This document shows, piece after piece, positions 19,950 through 29,283 of a DNA stretch of 64,000 nt. The translations under genes were made by a program, and so were the position numbers. How positions within the stretch are numbered: the first letter of the stretch is position 1; each line of letters starts with the position of its first letter. The DNA lies in contig CAXXWC010000020.1 in assembly GCA_963668645.2 (NCBI GenBank), positions 1-64,000 on the forward strand. Reading direction: 5' to 3'. The notes under the pieces were generated by a model. The model was not told the origin of the DNA. It made no database searches and worked only from the letters and a program-made list of their open reading frames with translations. Origin of the DNA: Desulfobacterales bacterium. Its GTDB lineage: Bacteria; Desulfobacterota; Desulfobacteria; Desulfobacterales; UBA2174.

Positions 19950-20557
19950 GCCACCGCCGTCTCCAGGTATGGCCGCATGACTTTTTCCACCCGGCAAATT
20001 TTGGCGTATCTGAGCAGTTGACCAAGATCGAACTTCTTTCGTGATCTGTAAAGCTTCAACGCCTCCCGAACGACATCCATTCCGATTTTGTTGCGGAATT
20101 TAAAACAGTCGGCCAGTGTCTTCTCGGGATTGTAGATTTTGACGGCCACGCCATCTATCCGATGCACCACGATCCCGGAGATGTAGGCTTCACTGGAGAA
20201 TCGATGGGCCTGAATGGGGGGAAGGTCCAGCGCTGGTGTCCGCGACGCCCTGGTAACCGCCACGGACACGGCATGGGGGATCTGAGTCGTAATGCCGTGA
20301 TAGGCCAGCGCGGAGATCAGGCAGATTACGGCGTTTGGATATCGGAGGCTGACCGTCACTATATCAGGATTGCTGACCGGAGGCAGATCCACGAGTCGAT
20401 AGATTCCACGGCTCACCTGCTCGACAACGCCCTTGTCCCTCAGCGAGTAAAGCATGTACCGGGTGATGCCGTGCTCCATGGCCTCGCTCATTCTAAGCCG
20501 GCCGCCGTGCTTGCGAAAGATTTTTTCGGGCTGTTCCTTCATTCGGCCACCAGACAT
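19946..20557 (-). CDS. Type IV TA antitoxin, AbiEi family (copy 1)
   Basis: VSRGIYRL, VICLISALAYHGITTQIP, YNPEKTLADCFKFRNKIG; true start may be MKEQ at 20542. Confidence 0.88.
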   Translation of the reverse strand: MSGGRMKEQPEKIFRKHGGRLRMSEAMEHGITRYMLYSLRDKGVVEQVSRGIYRLVDLPPVSNPDIVTVSLRYPNAVICLISALAYHGITTQIPHAVSVAVTRASRTPALDLPPIQAHRFSSEAYISGIVVHRIDGVAVKIYNPEKTLADCFKFRNKIGMDVVREALKLYRSRKKFDLGQLLRYAKICRVEKVMRPYLETAVA

Positions 20558-20625
20558 ATTGACGCCATTTATAATTAAGTGGTGTCACAATGTCTGATTT
20601 TTGCTGAAAAATCAAGAAGCATCTC

Positions 20626-20772
20626 TAACAGCCTGTGGATGGACTTCGTTTCAGGCCGCCATGCGACGTTGTGCCTCTTCGAAACTGCTCACATGTGCAT
20701 GAATATGCGGCGTTTTTCGAATTCGTCCGCGCCTTGCCTGCCAGCCCGAGACTTGCTTTACACAGGCTGATA
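20626..20772. repeat. MITE/REP-like ~150-bp element with terminal inverted repeats (second copy 21787-21935)
   Basis: TAACAGCCTGTGGA...TACACAGGCTGATA, 12/14 inverted match; no credible ORF inside. Confidence 0.5.
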
Positions 20773-21106
20773 AGGGAGCGTATAGCCAGCCGAGGAACTA
20801 CCGCAATCACCGGCTCCGATGCGCCCCGTTCTTCCCGACCGACGCCATATTGGCGCCGATCATAACCTTGATCTGTTCGCCTGCGGTGGTGCCTCTTTGC
20901 AACGAGTGGTTGAAAAGGCGTCCGAAGAAGCAAAGGAATTTTACATAGCCTGCGGTTTTCGTGAGTCGCCGATCCACCCCATGACCTTGTGCCTGCGATT
21001 GGCCGACGTGTGTTTGAGGATGGCCAAATAACGCTCCGGCAGTGCCAGCTTGGTCGACCACGTTAGTTGAATTAGTCGATAACGTCCCCATCCCGCTTTG
21101 GCGCTG

Positions 21107-21718
21107 TCATGCCACCGCCGTCTCCAGGTATGGCCGCATGACTTTTTCCACCCGGCAAATTTTGGCGTATCGGAGCAGTTGACCAAGATCGAACTTCTTT
21201 CGTGATCTGTAAAGCTTCAACGCCTCCAGGACGACATCCATTCCGATTTTGTTGCGGAATTTAAAACAATCGGCCAGTGTCTTCTCGGGGTTGTAGATTT
21301 TGACGGCCACACCATCTATCCGATGCACCACGATCCCGGAGATGTAGGCTTCACTGGAGAATCGATGGGCCTGAATGGGGGGATGGTCCAACGCTGGTGT
21401 CCGCGACGCCCTGGTAACCGCCACGGACACGGCATGGGGGATCTGAGTCGTAATGCCATGATAGGCCAGCGCGGAGATCAGGCAGATAACGGCGTTTGGA
21501 TAGCGGAGGCTGACCGTCACCATATCGGGATTGCTGACCGGAGGCAGTTCCACCAGTCGATAGATTCCACGGCTCACCTGCTCGACAACGCCCTTGTCCC
21601 TCAGCGAGTAAAGCATGTACCGGGTGATGCCGTGCTCCATGGCCTCGCTCATTCTAAGCCGGCCGCCGTGCTTGCGAAAAATTTCTTCGGGCTGTTCCTT
21701 CATTCGGCCACCAGGCAT
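21107..21718 (-). CDS. Type IV TA antitoxin, AbiEi family (copy 2)
   Basis: Near-identical to copy 1; the downstream toxin start is cut off within a few codons. Confidence 0.88.
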   Translation of the reverse strand: MPGGRMKEQPEEIFRKHGGRLRMSEAMEHGITRYMLYSLRDKGVVEQVSRGIYRLVELPPVSNPDMVTVSLRYPNAVICLISALAYHGITTQIPHAVSVAVTRASRTPALDHPPIQAHRFSSEAYISGIVVHRIDGVAVKIYNPEKTLADCFKFRNKIGMDVVLEALKLYRSRKKFDLGQLLRYAKICRVEKVMRPYLETAVA

Positions 21719-21752
21719 ATTGACGCCATTTATAATTAAGTGGTGTCAATAT
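21717..21752. promoter_or_regulatory. Inverted repeat upstream of abiEi, candidate autoregulatory operator (second copy near 20556-20590)
   Basis: ATATTGACGCCATTT-ATAATT-AAGTGGTGTCAATAT, arms match at 13/15; AbiEi proteins are known to bind promoter inverted repeats. Confidence 0.6.
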
Positions 21753-22623
21753 GTCTGATCTTTGCTGAAAAATCAAGAAGCATTTCTAACAGCCTGTGGA
21801 TGGACTTCGTTTTCAGGCCGCCATGCGACGTTGTGCCTCTTCGAAACTGCTCACATGTGTATGAATATGCGGCGTTTCTTGAATTCGGCCGCGCCTTGCC
21901 TGCCAGCCCGAGACTTGCTTATACACAGGCTGATAAGGAAGCGCATAGCCAGCCGATCGACTACCGCAATCGCCGGCTCCGATGCGACCCGTTCTTCCCG
22001 ACCGACGCCATATTGGCGCCGATCATAACCTTGATCTGTTCGCCTGCGGCGGTGCCTCTTTGCAACGAGTGGTTGAAAAGGCGTCCGAAGAAGCAAAGGA
22101 ATTTTACATAGCCTGCGGTTTTCGTGAGTCGCCGATCCAGCCCTTGACCTTGTGCCTGCGATTGGCCGACGTGTGTTTGAGGATGGCCAAATAACGCTCC
22201 GGCAGTGCCAGCTTGGTCGACCACGTTAGTTGAATTAGTCGACAACGTCCCCATCTCCCGTCCCCATCTCCTCAGCCCATGACCTTGTGTCTACGATTGG
22301 CCGACGTGTGTTTGGGGATGGCCGAATAACGCTACGGCAGTGCCAGCCTGGTCGACCACGTTAGTTGAATTAGTCGATGTCCCCATTCCAGTGAGTCGCT
22401 CATCCAGCCCATGATCTTGTGTCTGCGATTGGCCGACGTGTGTTTGGGGATGGCCGAATAACGCTCTGCAGTGCCGGCCTGTTCGACCACGTATGTTGAA
22501 TTAGTCGACAACGCCTCCTTCTCACTCCCACAACTGACTGATATCAAAGAGCTAAAAAATCTTTTAACATAAGGGACTATAGAATGTCTTCATGTCTTCA
22601 GTCTCCAATAGGACAGATTAGAC

Positions 22624-22652
22624 TTGACCCTGGAAGATCAGCCATCTATTAT
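22624..22652 (+). promoter_or_regulatory. Sigma70-type promoter of the radical SAM operon
   Basis: TTGACC-N17-TATTAT, then a GAGGTG RBS before 22704. Confidence 0.6.
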
Positions 22653-22703
22653 TAACCGCCTAAAAGCTTGATTTTTTAGACCTTATCATAATGAGGTGAT
22701 ATT

Positions 22704-23942
22704 ATGCCGATGAGTTCAATTGCGAACGGCTGCACCGGTACTGTAAGGCAGGTGGGCTGTGCTGATTTCGTCACATGGAAAGCACTAGTACGTGCAGGAG
22801 ATAAATACCACACACCGAGGGAGGCAGCCGAGCAAACGATCCTCAAGCATCTTCATTGTCTTGAGCTTTGGATGCCAGGCGGATGTAACCTTCAATGTCG
22901 GCATTGCTATGTTGCCACGAGGAAAACATTACCCGTAATGACAGAGTCAGAATATTACGAACTGACTCAGCTTGGAATCAATAGCGGTTTTACTGACATC
23001 GTTGTTCCCGGAATGGAACCATTGCTTAGAAACGAATTATGGGCTGTACTTGATGCCGCCGGCAGAAACCACGCTAGGTCTGTTGGTGTAACCACAAATG
23101 CAACTTTGTTGACGTCTGCAGCTTCACGGCTTAACGATTCTTCCTTAACGGTACTTAATGTAAGCTTGGATGGTCCCAGAGAAGTCCATGACAGAATCCG
23201 TGGTATGGGCGTCTATGACCGTCTCGATGATGGTGTACATCGATTCCGGGAAATAAGCGAAAAGCGCATTCTAACCAACACAACAGTAAACAGAGAAAAC
23301 GCGGATGTGTTGGTTAAAATTGCACAATGGTGCTCTGAAAAAGCGATTGATTACGCGGCGTTTCATCCCTTCGAGCTTGCAGATGAAGCAGAGAATTCTC
23401 TTATACTATCAAGACAATTAGCCCTCAAGGCTTACCTTGATCTTTTAGAGGCCTTCAGACATGGGAATACTTCATCAATAGCCTTAGAAGCGGAGGCTTC
23501 AACATGCTGGCTAATTGTTGATTTGGCTCGTAGTGGTGCTTTCGACAACTCACAGCTCGTTATTGATGAAGCCGGTCTAATTTTTTTGCGAGAGATATGT
23601 GGAGATCATGAATTACTTGTAGGTCTAAACTTTTATCCCCACCATTTCATTCGAACCATTCGAATCACAGAAAGCGGAGGCTTGTCTAGTTGCCGTGGAA
23701 TGGCAAGGAGTGGTTGGCAGGGGTTTGGCGATGTCCGTAAGGATGGAATCATTCATACTGCCCAGTCGAATTCTGCCATAGAAGCTTTAGCCCGTATATG
23801 GCAGGAATACCAAGACGCTTTTCGAATGTGCGATCCGGATGCATTGGATTGGATCATCGCTTTTGTGGAGTCACATGTTGACAAACACCCAATGGGGATT
23901 AATAATCAGATCCACAAAGTGGATGGTATCGCTCTTCATTGA
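22704..23942 (+). CDS. Radical SAM enzyme of unknown function
   Basis: CNLQCRHC (CX3CX2C), GMEPLL, TTNATLL, VSLDG..HDRIRG; no complete SPASM cysteine set. Confidence 0.9.
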   Translation: MPMSSIANGCTGTVRQVGCADFVTWKALVRAGDKYHTPREAAEQTILKHLHCLELWMPGGCNLQCRHCYVATRKTLPVMTESEYYELTQLGINSGFTDIVVPGMEPLLRNELWAVLDAAGRNHARSVGVTTNATLLTSAASRLNDSSLTVLNVSLDGPREVHDRIRGMGVYDRLDDGVHRFREISEKRILTNTTVNRENADVLVKIAQWCSEKAIDYAAFHPFELADEAENSLILSRQLALKAYLDLLEAFRHGNTSSIALEAEASTCWLIVDLARSGAFDNSQLVIDEAGLIFLREICGDHELLVGLNFYPHHFIRTIRITESGGLSSCRGMARSGWQGFGDVRKDGIIHTAQSNSAIEALARIWQEYQDAFRMCDPDALDWIIAFVESHVDKHPMGINNQIHKVDGIALH

Positions 23943-23957
23943 CCGGGAGAGAAATTA

Positions 23958-25652
23958 ATGAAAAACAAAAGCCGCTGGATTTTAATCTTATCCGTCACCT
24001 TAATTGGGCTTGGATTAGTCTGGCATTGGATACACGGCTATACATCACTCCCTTCTATTCGTCAGTCTCAAAGCGAGCTTCGTTTACCTATTCTAGCAAG
24101 CAGCGCTCTTCAGTCCTTAGATCCAATCAAGTCCGTGGAATTGGTCCAGTATAGTTTAGACTTGCAGATATTCGAGCGCCTGGTTTCTGTAGGTTTAGAG
24201 GGTGAAATCTTACCAGCTTTGGCCGAAAAATGGGAAATATCTCCTGACTTTAGAGTATGGATTTTTCGATTACGCGAAGCCCGGTTCAATGACGATCCAT
24301 GCTTCCATCACGGGATTGGGCGAACGGTAACAGTTGATGATGTATTATATTCTTGGAAGCGGGGACTTAATCCAAAATCCGGGTCCCTCAACTCATGGGC
24401 TTTGTCCACATCCGTTATGGGAGCCGAGACATTTTCCAAAGGAGAGGCACCAGACGTAATAGGGTTGGAAAAAATAAGTGACCGTGAGTTACGTGTAACT
24501 CTTAGCGAACCGGATCGTGATTTTCTTGCCAGATTAACTGTTCTTTCGACCGCAATAGTCCCAAGGGAAGCCGTTGAATATTACGGAGATAAATTTGATA
24601 CACACCCTGTAGGGACGGGCCCTTTTAAACTATCGCAATGGGAGCCAGGAGAATACGTCCTGCTTGAGCGAAATACGAATTATGGAAATGGATCAGGGTG
24701 GCAACCATCACCAGCAAATATCGATCGGGTGAGATTCAACTTTTTTCGATCAGAGGCACAAATTGCCAGTGCCTTTGCCAACGATCAATTAGATGTCAGG
24801 AATATTACTGGTTCGGACTTGGCACAGTTGAGTGATCTATTCGCCCTTAATGAACTGAAAGCTCGGCATTTTCCTGCTGAGCTGGTTCGTCCCGGATCGG
24901 TGTGTCGCCTGCATCTTTTGGCCCCCATGATAGGTTCTGATTATGTTTTTGGCGCCTCTGCTGAATTAAGGCGTGAATTGGCTACTTCCTTCGACCATCA
25001 GCAGCTACTTGCTTCGGCTGTTGGCCCTCTGGGTCAAATTACCAAAAGCATCATGTTGCCTAAGGGGGTTCTAGTTGATGCGCTTGATGTAACTAATGAA
25101 TATCAAACACAGACGTCAAAATCAGATGCCAAAAACTTACTTGAAGGTAGAACGGTAAAAATAGCTTATGTTTCATCTCGCATAAACGATGTTGTTATAG
25201 CGCTTCTCCGTAGTTGGATTGAGCAACGAGGGGGAAAGGTCCGACTTTATCCCAGCGCAAGTGATAACGCACTTTTTGCATCTGTCGCTGAAACAAAACC
25301 GGACCTGACACTTCTTTACTGGTCGCCCTATTACCCAAACGTAGCCAATTACTTAACTGCCTTGATTTCTTCCTCACGGCCGGTACCCAATTTCACTGGC
25401 TTTACTAACCAAACCTTGGATAGGGCTGCTAATCAGCTTAAGCTTGCCGATGAATATGAAGGGTCTAAACTCCGCATAACTATTAAAGCGATACTTGATC
25501 AGGAAATGCCATGGATACCTCTTTATTATGATACGCCGTTAGTACTGGTGAAACAGAATGTTAAAAACTACAAAATCAACCCAGTATCTGTCACTAAACT
25601 CGTCGATGTCAAATTGGTGGATGATCAAAAAGGCAGGAAAAGCGTTCAGTGA
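23958..25652 (+). CDS. ABC substrate-binding protein, family 5 (Opp/Dpp type)
   Basis: N-terminal TM/signal, SLDP, PALAEKWEISPD, HPVGTGPFKL, PWIPLYY. Confidence 0.92.
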   Translation: MKNKSRWILILSVTLIGLGLVWHWIHGYTSLPSIRQSQSELRLPILASSALQSLDPIKSVELVQYSLDLQIFERLVSVGLEGEILPALAEKWEISPDFRVWIFRLREARFNDDPCFHHGIGRTVTVDDVLYSWKRGLNPKSGSLNSWALSTSVMGAETFSKGEAPDVIGLEKISDRELRVTLSEPDRDFLARLTVLSTAIVPREAVEYYGDKFDTHPVGTGPFKLSQWEPGEYVLLERNTNYGNGSGWQPSPANIDRVRFNFFRSEAQIASAFANDQLDVRNITGSDLAQLSDLFALNELKARHFPAELVRPGSVCRLHLLAPMIGSDYVFGASAELRRELATSFDHQQLLASAVGPLGQITKSIMLPKGVLVDALDVTNEYQTQTSKSDAKNLLEGRTVKIAYVSSRINDVVIALLRSWIEQRGGKVRLYPSASDNALFASVAETKPDLTLLYWSPYYPNVANYLTALISSSRPVPNFTGFTNQTLDRAANQLKLADEYEGSKLRITIKAILDQEMPWIPLYYDTPLVLVKQNVKNYKINPVSVTKLVDVKLVDDQKGRKSVQ

Positions 25653-26601
25653 GACAGTACGCCTGCTGCTTGGCTGGTGTCTCGTTTGGGTTTTCGTATC
25701 TATTATGGTTCGCATGCTGACGCCCGACCCTGCAACACAGCTAGCTGGCCCCATCCACGACGAGGCTACACGACAGTTGTTCGCACAGGAGTTCGGCCTT
25801 GATCGTCCCTTGCTCTTAGAGTCGGTGGACCGCGCTCTGCGCATGCTGCGAGGCGAATGGGGTGTCTCTTGGCGAACACGTGCTAAGGTACGTGATGTGG
25901 TCCTCCAACCTGCCACTCTATCAATTCTGCTTGCTTTCATCTCTGCTATTATTTCCCTACTAGTTGCATTGCTAATAGTAACGCAGAGGTGTCTCAGTAA
26001 AGTAGCGCGAGGCAATAAACACCAACTGGACTTATCCATCTTTTATCTATTCCTCGCAGCTATTCCATCATTCATCATAGGGTTATGGCTAGCAGGAAGC
26101 TCACTACCCGATTTCTTGGGCCTTCCGCGAATTGGCTTTCGGTCCACAGGTCTTCCTCTCTGGAGACCATTGGTGCTTCCGGTCTTCTGCCTTTCTTTAA
26201 CTGGCGTAGGCATCGTTTTACCTCGTCTTTTAGCAGCGGGTGGACAAGTTATTTCATCAGACTGGTTTAAAGCCACACTATCAACAGGTTGTCAAAGGCG
26301 GCATGCCTTTTTTTATCAGGGATGGCCTATCATGCTTGCAGCTTTAGGCGATGGGTTTGCCCAAGTTTTTGTCGTAAGTTTCACCGGAGCGGTTGCGGTT
26401 GAACACGTATTTGCCTTACCTGGACTTGGAACATTGATGTTTGACGCGGTGCAGGTTGGCGACGTTCCAATTCTTATGGGGGTTGTTGCAATCACGACAT
26501 TTTTAACGTTCGCTGCGCTTGGTGTGCGTACAATGTGTGCATGGGCTCTTCCAAGCCCTCTTCGGCCAGTTTCAGTTCTAACAGGAAAATCGACACGATA
26601 G
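25621..26601 (+). CDS. ABC permease (OppB-like, divergent)
   Basis: FGLDRPL, GEWGVSW, GAVAVEHVFALPGLG, GDVPILMG; start uncertain. Confidence 0.85.
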   Translation: MIKKAGKAFSETVRLLLGWCLVWVFVSIMVRMLTPDPATQLAGPIHDEATRQLFAQEFGLDRPLLLESVDRALRMLRGEWGVSWRTRAKVRDVVLQPATLSILLAFISAIISLLVALLIVTQRCLSKVARGNKHQLDLSIFYLFLAAIPSFIIGLWLAGSSLPDFLGLPRIGFRSTGLPLWRPLVLPVFCLSLTGVGIVLPRLLAAGGQVISSDWFKATLSTGCQRRHAFFYQGWPIMLAALGDGFAQVFVVSFTGAVAVEHVFALPGLGTLMFDAVQVGDVPILMGVVAITTFLTFAALGVRTMCAWALPSPLRPVSVLTGKSTR

Positions 26602-26620
26602 CTAAGGGGAATTAGATGTA

Positions 26621-27310
26621 ATGGCCGCTCCTTACACTGCGCCTTCTTTAAGTTACTGGCTTGGAACGGATGCATTAGGGAGATCGCAGCTACCGATGCT
26701 TTTGAGTGGCACAGCTTTTACCCTCCTGGATGTAGTTGCAGCCGCTTCGCTTGCCTTGATTATTGCCGGCTTTGTTGCTACCCTTGGTTCAGCATTTCGC
26801 AGTGGTTGGAACCGTTTTGTTTTTGGTTTTGCAACGACCTTTTCTTACTCGACCCCTCTTGTTGCTGTACTGTTGCTACTTTACAGTATTTTTGGCGATC
26901 ACCCTGCCGTGTTCCCTCTCACCGCAGGAACACTTCTCTGGGGCACTGCTGCATTAACGTTGCAAACAGCAATTTCCAATGAAATGCGGTCTGTATACAT
27001 GCAAGCAGCACGAGCTCAAGGAATAGGCCGTACCCGAGTTTTGGTGTTTCACCTTTTACCAAATTTAATCCCTTCTGTGGTTGCAGCATGGTTGGCAAAC
27101 TGGCCCACAATACTATCAGTTAGTATTCTTGCAGCATATTTAGGTGCACATGGGGACAGTCCGCGATTAGGTTCCTTGTTGAAAACGGGTTACGAACTAT
27201 TTCCCGCCTGTTGGTGGCTCTGGCTACCTTCAACGCTTGTCACTTGCCTGGTTTTCGTTTTGTTATTTTTGGCATTGCAAAAACCACTTCTCCAAGGAGC
27301 ACACTCGTGA
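26621..27310 (+). CDS. ABC permease (OppC-like, short)
   Basis: WLGTDALGRS, YMQAARAQG (EAA-like), HLLPN. Confidence 0.85.
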   Translation: MAAPYTAPSLSYWLGTDALGRSQLPMLLSGTAFTLLDVVAAASLALIIAGFVATLGSAFRSGWNRFVFGFATTFSYSTPLVAVLLLLYSIFGDHPAVFPLTAGTLLWGTAALTLQTAISNEMRSVYMQAARAQGIGRTRVLVFHLLPNLIPSVVAAWLANWPTILSVSILAAYLGAHGDSPRLGSLLKTGYELFPACWWLWLPSTLVTCLVFVLLFLALQKPLLQGAHS

Positions 27311-29205
27311 TCAGTAAAACAAAGCTCCATTATGAATTATTTCAAGGGGAAAAGTTACCTTGGGACAAATCGGGACCTTACACATATTGCTTGGAGTGGC
27401 CAACAGGATCGGAATTGGAGCTACAAGCATCCGTAATTCTAGGCCAAACAAAGCTTGAACTCGGACCTGCTACTACGATAGACCACCTGATTTGGGACGA
27501 AATGATATTCCAGGAAACAGGATACAACAGTTGCCAGGCTTTAACAATATTAACACAAGATGTAAGATTTGAAATTTTGCTTTTGGCTAAGAACGGCATC
27601 TTCGATAAATTGAGATGCATGTATTTACCGCCATGGGATCCCAAAAAATGCTCGGTAAATCTTACCTACCTTATGCTGCCCTTTCCATATAATAATCAGA
27701 ATCACAAAATAAGAGGTGTGCGTAAGGCGCTAATAAACCAAACAAAAGATAAAGAAGAATGGAACACATTTAGTGGAGCGTTTGAAGTATTCGTACAAAA
27801 AACTGCTAATAAATCGATCAATATTATTGATCTTATAAGTTACTTAATCAATGAAACCAAAAAAGCTTCAAAGGAAGACAAAACACTTCAGTCGATCTTA
27901 CACATAGAAAATGAAGTCGAGAATTATAGCAAAGATTATATCAAGGATTTTTTCGACTCAATAAATAATATCAGAGACGGTATTTTTCACTTTTCAACAA
28001 AATTTGGCAACCTAATTCCAAAGATGGTTCTGTGGAATTCATTCGTAAGATTGAAAGAAAATTTGGAATCTGGATCTATTAAATTCCGTCGCAAGCATGC
28101 CTTTGCTGTAGATGTCTTCCGAGAAAAACTTCAAACTTTGCCAATCCCTGAAAAATTCATGCAAAAAAAATACCTGGAACTTAAACACGAGGATGATTGC
28201 GACCGACTTTATCAAAGCCTTTTACAAAGTTACAGTTTTTATGTCGCTTGCGGAGTTCCGATGCAGCGAAATCTGCTCAACCTAGCTTCCCTCCTTAATG
28301 ACAAAAACGTCGAAGCTGCTCTAGTAACAGGAGAACCAGGTACCGGCAAGGAAGCTTTTAGCAAAGCACTCTACTATGGCAGGAAGTTTAAGGAGCCGGA
28401 AAATCTGGAACCTGAGAAAGTTTTTATTTCCACCACAGCTCGTGATATTCAAAACAAAATTCGTTCCGGAGATGCATCAAATGTGAGCAGCTATCTTCGA
28501 AAACTCATCAACTGGAATCAAGGGTTACAAGGTGGAACGGAACGAAGGGCAAAATCACCGGTGATATTTATTGATGAATTGAACAAAGCTGATTCCGGGT
28601 TTCTGGCAGAAATGTTACGTCCACTTGAGCAGGGAGAGGACGAATTGTGTACGGATGGCAAGCCAAAATTCATCCTTGCAGCGAGCCAGCATATTGAGGA
28701 TTTAGCCAAGAAAAAGCCGCAGGACTTTTGGACTCGTATTTCACATCAATTGCGGGTTGTACACCCCTTATCTCGGGTAAGTGAAAAAGATGCGGAAGCA
28801 TTCCTCAGCGCCTTGTTTTACGCAGAATGGTGGAAGCACGTTGAAAAGATGCTTAATAACCGCAAATACCCAAAGCGATTGGTAAAGGCTTTTGTAGGTC
28901 ACGTTGATAAAAAGTTCAACTTTAAAGACTCAGGACTCTGCGAGCTGGTAAGGCAAGAATTCCTGAATACATTAGTGCCTTTGGTTGAAAGGGATACTCT
29001 TACATTACGCGGTCTACGTTCCATACTGAACCAAATTTTCGCACGCATAAGTTGGTATGTTCAGTTTCAAAAGCCTATGAAAAAAGGTCCTGGTGGAATA
29101 GAGCAAACCAATAAAATTGCCCGTTTGGTCAATAGCGCTGTGCAAGATGTATTGGCTATTTTGAATCCTGCTAGGGCAACACCTGCTGGTATGGAAGATG
29201 CGTAG
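27307..29205 (+). CDS. AAA+ ATPase with a sigma54-activator-like ATPase core and an uncharacterised ~330-aa N-terminus
   Basis: Walker A VTGEPGTGKE, Walker B VIFIDE, DFWTRI (cf. DLFYRL), LRGLRSIL; no GAFTGA and no Fis HTH seen; GTG overlaps the permease stop. Confidence 0.7.
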   Translation: MISKTKLHYELFQGEKLPWDKSGPYTYCLEWPTGSELELQASVILGQTKLELGPATTIDHLIWDEMIFQETGYNSCQALTILTQDVRFEILLLAKNGIFDKLRCMYLPPWDPKKCSVNLTYLMLPFPYNNQNHKIRGVRKALINQTKDKEEWNTFSGAFEVFVQKTANKSINIIDLISYLINETKKASKEDKTLQSILHIENEVENYSKDYIKDFFDSINNIRDGIFHFSTKFGNLIPKMVLWNSFVRLKENLESGSIKFRRKHAFAVDVFREKLQTLPIPEKFMQKKYLELKHEDDCDRLYQSLLQSYSFYVACGVPMQRNLLNLASLLNDKNVEAALVTGEPGTGKEAFSKALYYGRKFKEPENLEPEKVFISTTARDIQNKIRSGDASNVSSYLRKLINWNQGLQGGTERRAKSPVIFIDELNKADSGFLAEMLRPLEQGEDELCTDGKPKFILAASQHIEDLAKKKPQDFWTRISHQLRVVHPLSRVSEKDAEAFLSALFYAEWWKHVEKMLNNRKYPKRLVKAFVGHVDKKFNFKDSGLCELVRQEFLNTLVPLVERDTLTLRGLRSILNQIFARISWYVQFQKPMKKGPGGIEQTNKIARLVNSAVQDVLAILNPARATPAGMEDA

Positions 29206-29283
29206 GACGTTTAAGGCTTTTGATGTGAGACGAAAAATACGATTGGTTTGTGTCACGGAACAGATATACGCCAAGGGTGAAAT

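Larger units (their letters stand above)
19940..22254. repeat. Tandem duplication of a ~1.16-kb unit (19940-~21093 and 21101-~22254)
   Basis: Two colinear copies with scattered substitutions and small indels. Confidence 0.95.
20961..22517 (+). repeat. Four copies of a ~115-130-bp unit (20961-21091, 22124-22254, 22273-22386, 22391-22517): GNAT-toxin 3' end plus terminal hairpin
   Basis: Shared CCCATGACCTTGTG...GATTGGCCGACGTGTGTTTG...CCACGTTAGTTGAATTAGTCGACAACGTCCCC. The first two copies, read with upstream sequence, encode ASEEAKEFYIACGFRESPIHPMTLCLRLADV, like TacT/AtaT-type GNAT toxin C-termini. Confidence 0.9.

Noticed and set aside
20961..22517. Repeat array as a CRISPR array
   Set aside because: Units are over 110 bp, derive from a gene tail, lack unique regular spacers, and there are no cas genes
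19634..22517. Classical integron with attC sites
   Set aside because: No IntI in the window, and the hairpins lack clear paired RYYYAAC/GTTRRRY boxes; kept only as an analogy
22584..22655. 23-aa ORF MSSCLQSPIGQIRLDPGRSAIYY upstream of the rSAM as a RiPP precursor
   Set aside because: The operon's -35/-10 promoter lies inside it, so it would not be on that transcript; no other support
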